A stretch of 64,000 nucleotides of DNA from the human T2T-CHM13v2.0 reference genome, Homo sapiens. The position numbers and the translations under genes were made by a program. Each line of letters begins with the position of its first letter. Positions within the stretch are counted from its first letter, which is position 1. The notes under the pieces are model-generated. The model was given only the letters and a program-made list of their open reading frames with translations. It was not told the origin of the DNA and did no database searches. Below are positions 17,977 through 36,296 of this stretch, piece by piece. The stretch lies in NCBI RefSeq assembly GCF_009914755.1, contig NC_060929.1; one strand, given 5' to 3'.

Positions 17977-18149
17977 TCAGGATGGGGCAAATACTATTAA
18001 TTCCTTCCTGATAGACAAGAAGAAATAGGCACAAAAATATCAGTAGATTTTCCTGCTACCGTAAATTCTCAATAAATCTTCATGCTACATATGTAAAATA
18101 CCTTTTGCTATTAAAAGAAACTGATTAGAGGCCTGCGAGTGGTGGCTCA

Positions 18150-18491
<342 letters not shown>

Positions 18492-18689
18492 TTACTGTCT
18501 GTAAAGCATGGATGTCAAAAATACTCAATTTTCTTGATGGAGACTGTTCATAGAAAAATGAGCAGAGAGCAAATGGGTTTTCTTTTCATTTGTTTCAGGA
18601 TAGGAGGAGTTAAACAGGAAATATTGCTCTCTTGCAGATCTGTGAATTTGCTGACTTTTTTTTTCTTTTGAACTTCTAAATATGGTTAG

Positions 18690-19320
<631 letters not shown>

Positions 19321-20222
19321 ATGGGGTTTCACCATGTTGGCTACGCTGGTCTCTAACTCCTGACCTTGTGATCTGCCTACCTCGTCCTCCCAAAGTGCTG
19401 GGATTACAGTGGGGTGAGCCACTGCGCCCGGACTGGGCCAGGTGTTTGTAAAGAAATCAAGATAATGTTTCTAAGTTCTGATGATCTCCTCCAAAATGGG
19501 GGCAGAGAAGATTCAGGAGCTAGGCTGAAGTGGTGGCTCGTGCCTGTAATCCCAACAATTTGGGAGGCTGAGGTGAAAGGATCACTTGAGCCCAGAAGTT
19601 TGAGACCAGCCTGGGCAACATGATATGACCTGGCCTCTATTAAAAATGAAAAATTAGCAAGGTGTGATGGTTGCACCTGTGATCCCAGCTACTCGGGAGG
19701 CTGAGGCAGGAGGACTGCTTGAGCTCAAGAGGTTGAAGCTACAGTGAGTTGTGATTGTACCACTGCACCCTAGCCCAGGTAACAGAGGGAGATCCTGTCT
19801 CAAAAAAATAAAAACAAACAAAACAAAAAGCAATTCCAGGAGCTGCCAAGTTGACACCATAGTTGTGTGATTCCTTGACCTGTCTCTTCCTTAAAATACT
19901 GTTCATAAGGTATAGCCTAGAAGAGCCTGGAAGGTAGGGCCTAACAGAGTGGAGATTACATGACTGGACCAGACCCCCGCTACAATCTGCATGTTCTGCA
20001 AAGGTGGGGATGCAAAATAGGATTGTGTTTAAGAGCATAGGTGAAAGGGGAAGTTTCCTTCTAGGTCTTCCCTTTATTAACTGTGTGAACTCTGTGCCAG
20101 AGACTCACTGTCCATAAGCTTCAGGTTCCTGTCCCTAAAATGGAGGTAATGGGAGCATCCTACCTCCTGTGATTGAGTGTAGTGTGGAGCAGTGGTGAAG
20201 CATGGATGTGGAGCTGAACTGA

Positions 20223-20471
<249 letters not shown>

Positions 20472-20643
20472 TGATCTGCCTGCCTGGGCCTCCCAAAGTG
20501 CTGGGATTACAGGCGTGAGCCACTGCACCCAGCCCTACTGCTGGCTTGATTGCTTATGAGTTCTGTGTGAGCTTGATCAAGTTTTTTACCTCTGTAGGCC
20601 CCAGTTTCCCCATACGGAGAATGGAGGTAACAACAAGACCTAG

Positions 20644-20823
<180 letters not shown>

Positions 20824-21380
20824 TAGCTAATTTTTTTTTCTTATTTTTAGTAGAGACGGGGTTTCACCATATTGGCCAGGTTGGTCTCGAACTCCTGACC
20901 TCAAAGGATCCGTCTGCCTCGGCCTCCCAAAGTGCTGGGATTATAGGCGTGAGCCACCGTGCCCAGCCAATAATTTAATAAATTAATAGAGGTAAATGAG
21001 GACAGTGCCAGGGACCTAGTAGAGCTCAGTAAATGTTAGTTCTTCCTGCTGTTATTAGAAGCAGAACAGAAATTGGAGGAACCAATGTCAAAAGGCCTTA
21101 GTAGGCCTCTAGTGATACCCAGCATCCTGGTGAATAGAAAGGAAATGCAAGGTACAAGACAATCTTACAAGGCATGACTTCTTTGCCTGGAAAAGTCCCT
21201 TGAACAGACATCTATACTCCACTTACAGATGGGTGCTGGGAATCTAATCATTAGAGAACAAATTCATCAGTTTAAGACAATATGTCGGCCAGGCACGGTG
21301 GCTCATGCCTGTAATCCCAGCACTTTGGGAGGCCGAGGCGGGCGGATCACGAGGTCAGGAGATCGAGACCATCCTGGCTA

Positions 21381-21689
<309 letters not shown>

Positions 21690-23956
21690 TCACAGTTCTT
21701 TGGATTGACTGGGCAGTTCTGCTTCACATGGTGTGGGTGGGGACTGCAGTCACCTGGGGGGCTCAATTGGATGGGACATTCAAGAGGGCTCACTTACAAG
21801 GCAGACAGTCTGCGCTGGCTGTTGGCTGGGAGCTCAGCTGGAGCTGCCAAACAGGCACTTCTGTTCTCCTCTCCATACCCGATCCATGTGGCTTTGGTTG
21901 CTCACAGCATGTGTCTGGATTCCAAGAGGTAGCTAGCTGCCAGTTCTCTTAAAAGCTGGTCTCAAAAGTCCCAGAATGTCACTTTGGCTGCATTCTATTG
22001 TTCAGCAAGCCACGGGGCCAGCTCAAATGTAAAGAAAGGAAAAATAAGCTCCATCTCTTGATGTGAGGAGCAGTATGTAAGGACAGGAAGGGGCCTCTTT
22101 GGAGACTAGCTACCTGTATTATTTATCTATTGCTGTGTAATAAATTACCCCCAAATGTAGCCAGTTAAAACAATAAAACAATGAACATTTATGATCTCAC
22201 ATGGTTTCTGAGGGTCAGGAATCTGGGAATGGTTAGCCGAGTGGTTCTGATTTCAGAGTCTCTTAAGATGCTGCAGTCAAGCTGTCAGGCAGTGCTGCAG
22301 TTTCTGAAGGAGCTGGAGTATTCGCTTCTAATCTCACTCATGAGGCTGTTGGCAGGAGCTTCAGCTGCTTGCCACATGTTTTTTCTCCATAGGGCTGTTC
22401 ATGACATGGCTTTCCCCAGTGGGAATGGTTACCTAAGAAAAGAGAAAGAGAGGGAGAAAGACAAAGAGAGAGAGACAAAGAGAGGGAGAAAGAGAGACAA
22501 AGCTCTTAAGATGAAAGCCAAAATATTTTTATAACCTAATCTTGGAAGTGATGTATTATCACTTCTGCTATATGCTATTGGTAATACAAATCAAACCAAG
22601 TATAATGTGGGAGGAATCAGATCAAACCAAGTATAACGTGGGAGGGAGCTGCAAAAGCATATAGCTTGGGGATCATTGGAAGTCATTTTAGAGGCCACTT
22701 ACTACACTGCTACACAGTGGTGCTATGCATAAGAAGCTTCCCAGGCTGGGCTTAGTGGCTCACTCTTGTAACTCCAGCACTTTGGGAGGCCAAGGCGGGA
22801 GGATCACTTGAGCTCATGAGTTCACGACCAGCTTGGGCAACGTGGCAAAATCCCCTCCCTACAAAAAATACAAAAATTAGCTGGGTGTTGTGGTTCTAGC
22901 TACTTGGGTGGCTGAGGTAGGAGGATTGCTTGAGCCCAGGAGGTCAAGGCTACAGTGAACCCTGAGCATACAACTGCACTCCAGTCGGGGCAACACAGCA
23001 AGACCCTGTCTCAAAAAAAAAAAAGTGCAGATTTCTTGGCTGAGATTCCAATGTGGACCATACTTTGGGAAACCTTGGCCATACCGAGGCTTTAGTCTTA
23101 TTGACAGTCTGATGCCCAAAGCGCTGCTATTGTTTGCTGTGAGCACACATTTACTTCAGTGAGCAGAAATGGGTTTCTCTTCTACCTCCCAGTAGGTTTT
23201 GATGCCTACTGAGCATGAAGGCTACAGCCCTCTGGATTGTTTCGAGAAGATGCCACTGACAGTATAGATTTGGGGTTTTGGGTTCTTCACATATTTTTGA
23301 TTTTTCCTAAAATGCAAATCCAAGTGACTGATTAGGTTACATGTTCTCAAATGTAAGAGTCCATATCAGTGGCTACCTACAGGCAGGTGCACATCATCAT
23401 ATGCACATATATTCAATGATGTCACTGCCATTGGATTTCATGAACATCCCCAGTAAGACACTAAGTTCTTTCTGGTTTGACTCATCACCGTGAGAAATGC
23501 CTCTAAAATGTATTTTGATTCATCCCTCCCTTCTCACCCTCCCTCTTTCCTTCCCTCCCTTCCTTCCCTTCTTCCCTTTTTTCCAACAAAATACCTGCAT
23601 AGGCGTCACCTTTTGGGCTGTCTGCTTAACTCACAATGATTCTCCCTTCTTTTCTGCTCCCCTTCCCAGTGTTCCCAAGAATTGTGTTTGAACCACATAT
23701 GCCTGGCCACCTGAACATTGCAAATGGGATCACTGTGGACACTCGACTCAGGCTGGGCAATTCCATTTCCTCCCTGGAATTTGGAATTGGGACTGAAGGG
23801 GAGACAACAAGAGATTGATCTTTTAGCATCACTGGACTTGCCCCATGTAGGTGCTAAAATTGTGGTGAAACTCAAGTCTCTCCACCACCACCCTGTTCCT
23901 TTTGTTGTGTTGTCTATAGTTTAAAGAGTAAAGCAGATGTTAGGAAGAATTGGTTA

Positions 23957-24253
<297 letters not shown>

Positions 24254-24443
24254 CTAAAAAGAAAAAAAAAGAAAGAAAGAAGATGGGAGTGTGATCTAGG
24301 TTCCAGATGGCTTCCATGTTTTTTACCAGTCTTTCCCTGAAGCTTGGCTTGGATTCCATGAGATTCCCATATAGGCTTATAATAATATGCCTCCCTCCCT
24401 GTCTTTGAATTTAAGTTAGCTCGCATAGGTCTCTGTTACTTAA

Positions 24444-24809
<366 letters not shown>

Positions 24810-26318
24810 TGATGAGTTTGGGTGCCAGAAGAGAAGACGCTTGCTGAAGCTGCATGTAGAATAGACGCATGCACATAGGGTGATGAGAGTGCTGAGTAGG
24901 GATTTCTACTCCACCTGGGAGTGCTGGCAAAGGTTTTGCAGAGCAGGTGATATTTGAGCTGGGGTTTGAAGGCTTCTAGGAGTTTACTAGAAAAAATAAG
25001 CGTATGAGTCTGTTGTGGCTAGGCTGGTGTGTAAAAGCATGAGAGAGCAATCGTAAAAACCAGAGATATAATTCGATGTCAGAAAAGTCCAGGGTTTCTC
25101 ATTCCATGCTATAAATAATAGGACATATTTTCAAGACAGAAATGAAGATAATCTAAAAGCATAATTTGGAAACGATCGGTCTGGAATACCTCTTCATTAC
25201 AGATTCATTTGCTATGTACTGTGATAGCGCTGACCCTTGTAAATGCATTTGAAATTCAAATGACTCTCACATATACCTTCCATGAGTTTGGCATATACTT
25301 TAGAGGAAGCTATTGGAAACGATCAATAATCTTTCATTCTGGTTGCAATATTTCTGTGGCATGTAAATAGCATTAAAAAAAGACTTCCACCGTCACATTT
25401 GATTCAGGCATATGTAAATTAGAAACAAAAACAATTTGAAGTTAATTTAATGGTAGTGGGAGATTCATTATTTACTGTTCTTTTGCTATACACTGTGTAG
25501 TAAGGTAGATTTCTATATTGTTATTATTTTCCCTCATATTCTCTTTGTCTTTCACAGTCATGGTTTAATGTTATTCCTGGGATCCTGCTCTCTCATTTTC
25601 ATTTTTTCTCTCATTTGCTTTTTTTTTCCTTATATAGTTATGATCATATTTGAAATTTAATTCTTTTCTTCATTTGTTTGTTTTTGCATGCTGTAACTAA
25701 ACATCTCTCATTTTCTTTCACATGGGCATAGTTAGCTGTGAATTATTCATGGATTTGCAACCAGACTACTGGGTCACATGGACCCTCAGTTTTCCACCTT
25801 CTTTTTCCATTTGCTGCTCACTGACATATCCATTGGTAATTACCCAAGGAGGAAAAAGAACTGGAATAGTTAAAAGTTGGTGATTTTTGAGCAAATTTGA
25901 TGAAAGGTTAGTGAGAAAAGGATTTGAAACTCCTGGCTATAAGAAGAAGTTTGATCATCAATGGAGTTGATTTATTTGGGAATACTGACTTTCCTGGATT
26001 AGACTACTAGGTTGTGGAGGGAAAGGCTAACAGGATTCTAAAGACAAACCCAGTTTTGGGTAAAACTTGTTTTTTGCCCATACCTAAAAGAATTTTGGAC
26101 CCTAGGGTTCTTTTCTGAAGTTTTAGCAAGCTGTAAGGAAAAAGTTTTCTTTTAAGAAGATGGGTCTGGCTGGGTGTAGTGGCGCATGCCTGCAGTCCTA
26201 GGTATGTGGGAGGTGGAGGGAAGAAGATTGCTTGAGCCTGGGAGTTCAAGGCTGCAGTGAACTATGATTGTGCCACTGCACTCTAGCCTGGGCAACAGAG
26301 TGTGACCCTGTCTCTAAA

Positions 26319-26428
26319 GGAAGAAGAAGAAAAGAAGAGGGAAGAAGAAGAAGGAAGAAGAAGAAGAAGAGGACGAGGAGGAGGAGAAGGGAGAAGGAGG
26401 AGGAGGAGGAGGAAGAAGAAGAACAACA
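26319..26428. repeat. (GAA)n/(GGA)n purine tract from an Alu-monomer tail
   Basis: Directly visible after the Alu right arm at about 26168-26318. Confidence 0.9.
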
Positions 26429-26879
26429 GCAGTCTAATGAGGAACCCTAGACCACACATCATGGGATAGCTTGCTTCTCATTTGGGAGAGCAGGACAGCC
26501 AGAGTTCCCACTCTCTTTATTGAAAGTTGGAGGTAGGTAGTATGACTTTCAGGTCATGGATGTGTGTCTCCACTTTGCCACACAGCTGGCGTTATCACAT
26601 AGCTAGTGTTGGATCACTAGCTATGTGATAACAACAAAAGCAATACAAATAATAAAAACAATACTGGTGACTTCTTATGCTATTGTTATATGGTAGACAT
26701 TTTACTTATATTTTTATACTTTGTTCTTGCAAAAAGACTTAGGAGATAGGGAGATTATTATGTCTAGTTTCTATATAGGAAACCTGAGTCAGAGAGATTA
26801 GTGTGCCAAGATTACCTGGTGAGTAATGGGCAGAAGGCTAACTATGGAGCCTTTGTTTTTAACTACTATATTATACTTC

Positions 26880-28124
<1,245 letters not shown>

Positions 28125-28636
28125 GCTTTTCTCCCAGCACTCAATTGCCTAGTCTTTCTTTTTACAAAACGAAGACTCATGATTGTTCTGACACCCTGCT
28201 TCTGTTTGAGAGGATCAAATGAGGTTGTGAAGGGGAAAATGTCTTGAAGACTATAAGGTAGCAGAAAAATATAAGCAATTATTAAGATGGACATGCTGGA
28301 AGAAAGAGAGCCAGAGAGAAGGCTTCCTGGAGTGAGAATTAGACTTTGACCTTCAACAAAAGGGCTGCCCTGCATGTGCTGACAGCCCAAGCTGGGAACC
28401 TGGGTCCTTCTTCCACAGCTGTCAGAATGGCAGGGGCAGGGGACAGGCGCCAGGCCTGGGCATCCAGGCGTGAGTGGCAAGGCACTCTTCACTAGAGTCT
28501 CTGGGCAGATTCACTCAGAGCTTGACCTTTTGAATGTAAAACACTTGTCAGGTTGCCAAGTGCCAGCCAGTCAGGGAATGGATTCAGCCAGGAGAATAAT
28601 CTTTCTGTGGCTTTCTCAGGGATGCTTGCCCTCTGA

Positions 28637-28966
<330 letters not shown>

Positions 28967-30363
28967 TAGTAGAGACGGGGTTTCACCATGTTAGCCAGGA
29001 TGGTCTTGATCTTCTGACCTCGTGATCCACCCGCCTCAGCCTCCCAAAGTGCTGGGATTACGGGCGTGAGCCCTGTGCCTGGCGTATTTTTTTTTTTTTT
29101 TTTTTTTTTTTAAGAGACAGGGTCTTGCTCCGTCACCCAGGCTGCAGGACAGTGGCATAACCCTAGCTCACTGCAGCCTTGAGCTCATGGGCTCAAGCAA
29201 TCCACCTGCCTCGGCCTCCCAAAGCATTGGAGTGACAGGCACATACCACTGCACCCAGCCTCTCAATTTTTAAAAACCTTGTCTCTATTTTATAAATGTG
29301 ATGCTTTCTATAATTTGTATTAAAAGACATAGTTATATATGTTTTTCATTGACTATAAAATTTTGTGGTTTATCTGAATAAATATTGTCAAATGATATTC
29401 CTTACCTTTCCCTCCCCGACCCCAATTCTAGAAAAATCTCTCTGGGTAGGACCAGGGGACAAGGAATGCCTGTTCTCTTGGGAGTCATTAATATAAATAC
29501 TGTGGTTATAGAAGTGTCTTAGTTGTTGCATTTGGACAAAAGAGTTCTGTGAAAAATAAAATAGGGGACTGTTCTATAAACTTGTTATTATTATTATTAT
29601 TATTTTATTTTTAGTAGAGCAAGGTCTCACTATGTTGCCCAGACTGGTCTTGAACTCCTGAGCTCAAGCAGTTTGCCTGCCTCCATCTCCCAAAATGTTG
29701 GGATTACAGGTGTGAGCCACTGCCTCTGGCCTATAAACTTGTTATTGATGGAAAGTTTTCCTTTAGGAGCCAAGCCACAGAGGCTAACATAAGTTAGTGA
29801 TTTTCAATTGTACAGCCACTGATTATTACCTAGACTATGAATTCACATCATGGTTGCTTAAAGGTTTACAATTCAATTGTAAAGTGGCTATAAATGCCTC
29901 CCATCTTGGATTACATTCCCTTTTGCCTCCTGACTTTGCTCCTCCTTCTATCAAGTGCTTTGGGAGGCTGAAGTGGGAGGATCAAGTGATGAAGGTGGCC
30001 CACACCTGTAATACCAGCACTCTGGGAGGCTGAGGCAGGCGGATCACTCGAGGCCAGAAGTTCCAGACCAGCCTGGCCAACGTGGTTAAACCCCATTCAT
30101 CTCTACTAAAAATAAAGAAATTAGCTGGATGTGGTGATGCATGCCTGTAGTCCCAGCTACTTAGGAGGCTGAGGTATGAGAATCATTTAGAACCTGGGAG
30201 GCAGAGGTTGCAGTGAGCTGAGATCGCGCCACTGCACTCCAGCCTGGGAAACACAGCAACACTCTGTTTCAAGAGAGAGAGAAAAAAAAAAGATGAAGTT
30301 TAGTTTATTTATCTACTTCTTGAATCTTGAATCTGGGCTTGGACATATGACCTGCTTTGGTCA

Positions 30364-30840
<477 letters not shown>

Positions 30841-31163
30841 CTAGGTTTTGCAGTATTTTATTATATAACAAAGCAAACTGATTTAAATTCTAATTTTAAA
30901 AAATTTTCAACTCAAATTCTTAGTCTACTAGAAGGGTTGGGAAGCTAAGGCCATTGTGCTGGCTCTCTGTTTTTGTAAATAAAATTTCACTGAAACGTGG
31001 TTAATCTCTTATGTATTTTCTTTCACTACTTTTGAACAATGATTGAGTAGTTGCAAGAGAGGTTGTATGGACCTCAAAGACAAAAATATCTGCTATCTGT
31101 CCCTTTAAGAAAAAGTGTGGTTATCCCTACAGAGAATTGTTGGTGCATTTGTAATTGTATAGG

Positions 31164-31194
<31 letters not shown>

Positions 31195-31388
31195 GAGACA
31201 GAGTCTGAGTTCAAGTGATTCTCCCACTCTGGCCTCTCAAATTGCTAGGATTACAGGTGTGAGCCACTGCGCCCAGCCAAAACCTTGCTTATATTTTTTA
31301 TTTAAAAGTTTTGTTTTTGTAATCTCAGCACTTTGGGAGGCCTAGGCGGGCAGATCACGAGGTCAGGAGATTGAGACCATCCTGGCTA

Positions 31389-31811
<423 letters not shown>

Positions 31812-32480
31812 TCATTCCCTTCCATTCCACTCCCTTCATCCCATTTGTCAATTTATCTGACCTTGCACCAATATGATTATATTTCTACAGGTTTTTAATA
31901 ATTATAAAGTATTACTATAGGTAATTACTATAGGCTTACAATACTGAGTTACTAATTACTATAGGTTTATAATACTTAATAAAGTCATAATTACTATAGG
32001 TTTAGTATACTTCCTCATAGTTTGTGTGGCAAGTCCTCTGCCCTGCTCTTCTTTGGAGGATCCTAGTTATTCTTTGTCCTTTCCTCTTCCATATACATTT
32101 TGGAATCATCTTATCAACTTCCATGTAACACCCTGCTGAAGTATTGTATTGAATCTGTAGATAAATTTGGAGAGAATGCATATCTACAATTTTGTCTTTC
32201 TACCCATGGACGTGGTATATTTCTCCTTCTAGTTAGATTTTAATATCCTAATAAAGTTTTATACTTTCCTCTGTAGTTCTGACATATCTTTAGTTTTTTT
32301 TCTATGTAGAAAAAAAGTATTTTCTTAACTATTGTAAATGGATTTTTAAAAAATTATATTTTATAATTGTTTGTTTCTGGTATATGGAAATACAACATAA
32401 AAATATTGATTCTATTGATAAGTTTATCTTATATTTCCCTACCTAGCCCTGGAGTCCACCATTCTCCAAAGAGCCTTGAT

Positions 32481-33345
<865 letters not shown>

Positions 33346-34371
33346 AAAAAAATCCTATAACCAGGCTTCTTTCTAAACTTTAATTCTCATAATTTGTCTA
33401 TTCTATTGAGTTTTCTTTTTAAACAATCATTTAATATACAATTGAGTATGGATTTATTTTTTCTTCCGATTCCTAAAACTCCAATTTCTTTCTTACATCT
33501 ATATTGGCTCAGACCTTCACAATGTGAATAGTAGTGGTATTAGTGCGATCTTGTCCCATTCCTGATTTTAAAAGGAATAATTTTAGCATTTCCCCATTTA
33601 GAATAATGTTTGCTCTAGATTAATTATAGATACTTCTGTTCTTCTTGGTATGTTCTCATCATTCTTTGAGCCCTTCCTTTCTTTCTGAAACAAAAAATGT
33701 TTCAAGTTTATCTTATATTTCCCTACCTAGCCCTGGAATCCACCATTTCTCCAAAGAGCCTTGATTTTCTTAAGTGGAGAATGGTATGTAGGAACCAAGA
33801 TCTGGGCACTAGGAGTACTCACTGATACTGGTATGTCATGCTCCTAGGCCATCTTAGTGGTTTGAATGGACACATACACACATATATATTTCTCTTTATA
33901 TTAAAAACCATGAGTCCACACCAATATCTCCAATTCCAATCCAACATCAGATTTATTTTTGTCCTCCTCTTTTCCATATTTGTAACTTCCTCCAGTGAGA
34001 AACCTGGTTCCCATTATCTTAGATGTGTTCAATTATTTGCCCAGTTCTCCCTGTATGTAATCAAAGTCTTATAGCGTAGGTCAGAAGCACATGAGGGAGA
34101 GAGGAAGGAGAAGGAACAGGGAAGGGAAACAGGAAGGAGGGAAGAGAAGTGTGTGTTTTTTTTTTAAATCTTTATTTTACAGAACCATCTTCCCTCCCCT
34201 ACAAATATGGAAGAAAAAAGATGCAGGGCATGGGACGGGAGAAGTGCCCCAGAAACAGGCCAATTTAATCTCTGCAGCCTGGGGTGGAGTTGAGTGGCTG
34301 GTGGCCAGTTGGCTCTTCCTCTTGTCTCCTACATGGCTCCTGACAGCTTTTTAAACCTTAATCTCCTTCGT

Positions 34372-34847
34372 TGTTAAAGAAAACCAGAGCTGGACAGTAG
34401 TTCAAGTGGTAAAAACAGATTTTGTTCAGTATTATTGCAATAGGGAAAAAGAGCCTTCAGGATAGAATTGGGTTGAATTCCAAATACAGCAGGGGCAAGT
34501 GGGAATTTATAGCCAAGGAACAGGGTAGGCGGGTCAGTGGATGGAAAATTACTAAGAGAAAACATCAGTGATAAGGGAGATTCTGACTCTACTGACCTAA
34601 CCAGGCTTCTTGCTGCAGACAGACCAGGGTGATCAGACATCAGGGGGATGGTGGAGGATGAGAAAACAGGTTAGATACCAGGGGTGATTAGACATGCAGG
34701 ATGGGGGAATTCTATCTAAACCAACTCAGCAGGATTCTGGCTAAAACTGGGCAATGTAGAGATGGACACGGTAGTCCAAAAGTCAGGCCTAGGTGAGAAA
34801 GAGTCCAGGGGAGCCTGAGTAAAGTTTCATCAAGAGGATCTTTGTCA
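34372..34847 (-). mobile_element. ERV1 LTR, MER31-like, inserted in the last codons of the MARK2 pseudogene
   Basis: Minus strand TGACAAAGATCCTCTTGATGAAACTTTACTCAGGCTCC start and CTTTAACA end; KA1 codons continue on both sides. Confidence 0.75.
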
Positions 34848-35355
34848 TGAGTTTGGAGGCAATACTTTTGAAGGCCAGGGAGGTGCCAGGCATGCATTTC
34901 CATTGAACTCTGAGAGACTGCTGTGGGAGTTTTCACACCTCCACCTTCCGCTGCACAAAGCCCTCCTGGCCTGGCACACCATGCATGCACAGCAGCACCA
35001 TTTCTTGCTCAGCTCGCCCTGGCAGCTGTTTGTGTTGAGCACCTTGCCAAATTCCCATGTTATCTCATTGGGCTCCATGGAGCCTGAGATCTTCATACTA
35101 CATATAAAGTGTAGCAAGTATAGGTCGGCCTCTTTAGGTTTGAATATCTCCACTCGGTTTTTTAAGGTTCCTTTTGGCAAACCTGAAACAAAGATGCCTC
35201 TGTATAAACTTGAAGGAGAACTTGCTGTTTGTGGAGAGGGCTCCAGGCTGCATGGGGGACTGGCAGGCACATTGGCTATGCCCCTGGCTTCTGCCCTATC
35301 TCCGGAACCTCTTGAGGATCTGCCTTGCTCCTCTGAATACTCTTAGTGCAGCAAT

Positions 35356-36080
35356 TTTTAAGGACTGAATTGTGTCCCCCATGTCCCCAACATTAATATG
35401 TCAAACCCTAATCCCCAATGTGACTGTATTTGGAGATAAGGCCTTTAAAGAGGTGATTTAAAGTTAAGGCCTTTAAAGTTTAACTTAAAGTTAAGGCCTT
35501 TAAAGTTTTTTTTTTTTTTTTTTTGAGACAGAGTCTCGCTCTATTGCCCAGGCTGGAGTGCAGTGGCACGATCTCGGCTCACTCCGCCTCCCAGGTTCAA
35601 GTGATCCTCCTGCCTCAGCCCCCCTAATAGTTGGAATTACAGGCATGTGCCAACAAGCCCAGCTAATTTTTGTATTTTTAGTAGAGATGGGGTTTCGCCA
35701 TGTTGGCCAGGCTAGTCTTGAACTCCTGGCCTCAGGTGATCCACCTGCCTTGGCCTCCCAGAGTGCTGGGATTACAGGCATGAGCCACCGTGCCCAGCCA
35801 GGCCTTTAAAGTTTAAATGAGGGCATAAGGATGGGGTCCCAATCAAACAGGACTGGCTTCCTTATAAAAAGAGGAAGAGACACCAGGGATGCATGGGCAC
35901 AGAGAAAAGACCATGTGAGGACACAGTGAGAAGACTCTGCAAGACAAGGAGGGTGGCCTCAGAAGAACCTAACCCTGTTGGCACCTTGATCTTGGACTTC
36001 CAGCCTCCAGAACTATGAGAAAATAATTGTTGTTTAAGCTTTCAGTTTGTGGTATTATGGCAGCCCTTGCACACTAATAC
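35356..36080 (+). mobile_element. MaLR LTR (MLT1A/B-like) with a nested Alu (about 35506-35799), inside the MARK2 pseudogene
   Basis: GGACTGAATTGTGTCCCC start, GACTTCCAGCCTCCAGAACTATGAGA, CACTAATACA end; near-TSD GCAAT/ACAAT. Confidence 0.82.
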
Positions 36081-36296
36081 AACAATTAAAGGTGGGAATG
36101 GTAGGCTCCCTGAAACTCATGCTTGGGGCTGGCAGAGATCCTGTGCTGTACCTTGTAGGATGGGAAAGTGTTGGCCAGATCAGCCAAAGGCTGGGGATGC
36201 AAAGGGATGGTGCAGACCTCCAGCTTGGACCTCTTGTAGCCCAAGAGCAGATCGAAAGGCATCACCTCATTGTACCTCTGGCCTGTTGCAAGTCTT

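Noticed and set aside
25080-25560. AT-rich unique stretch, possible exon or enhancer
   Set aside because: No ORF or splice pair I can support; conservation data are needed.
31890-32010. Degenerate TAATTACTATAGG repeats, superficially array-like
   Set aside because: Irregular slippage repeats inside an old L1 relic; no CRISPR-type repeat-spacer structure, and the context is eukaryotic.
35436-35505. Repeated AAGGCCTTTAAAG units
   Set aside because: Local slippage in the MLT1 LTR next to an Alu TSD.
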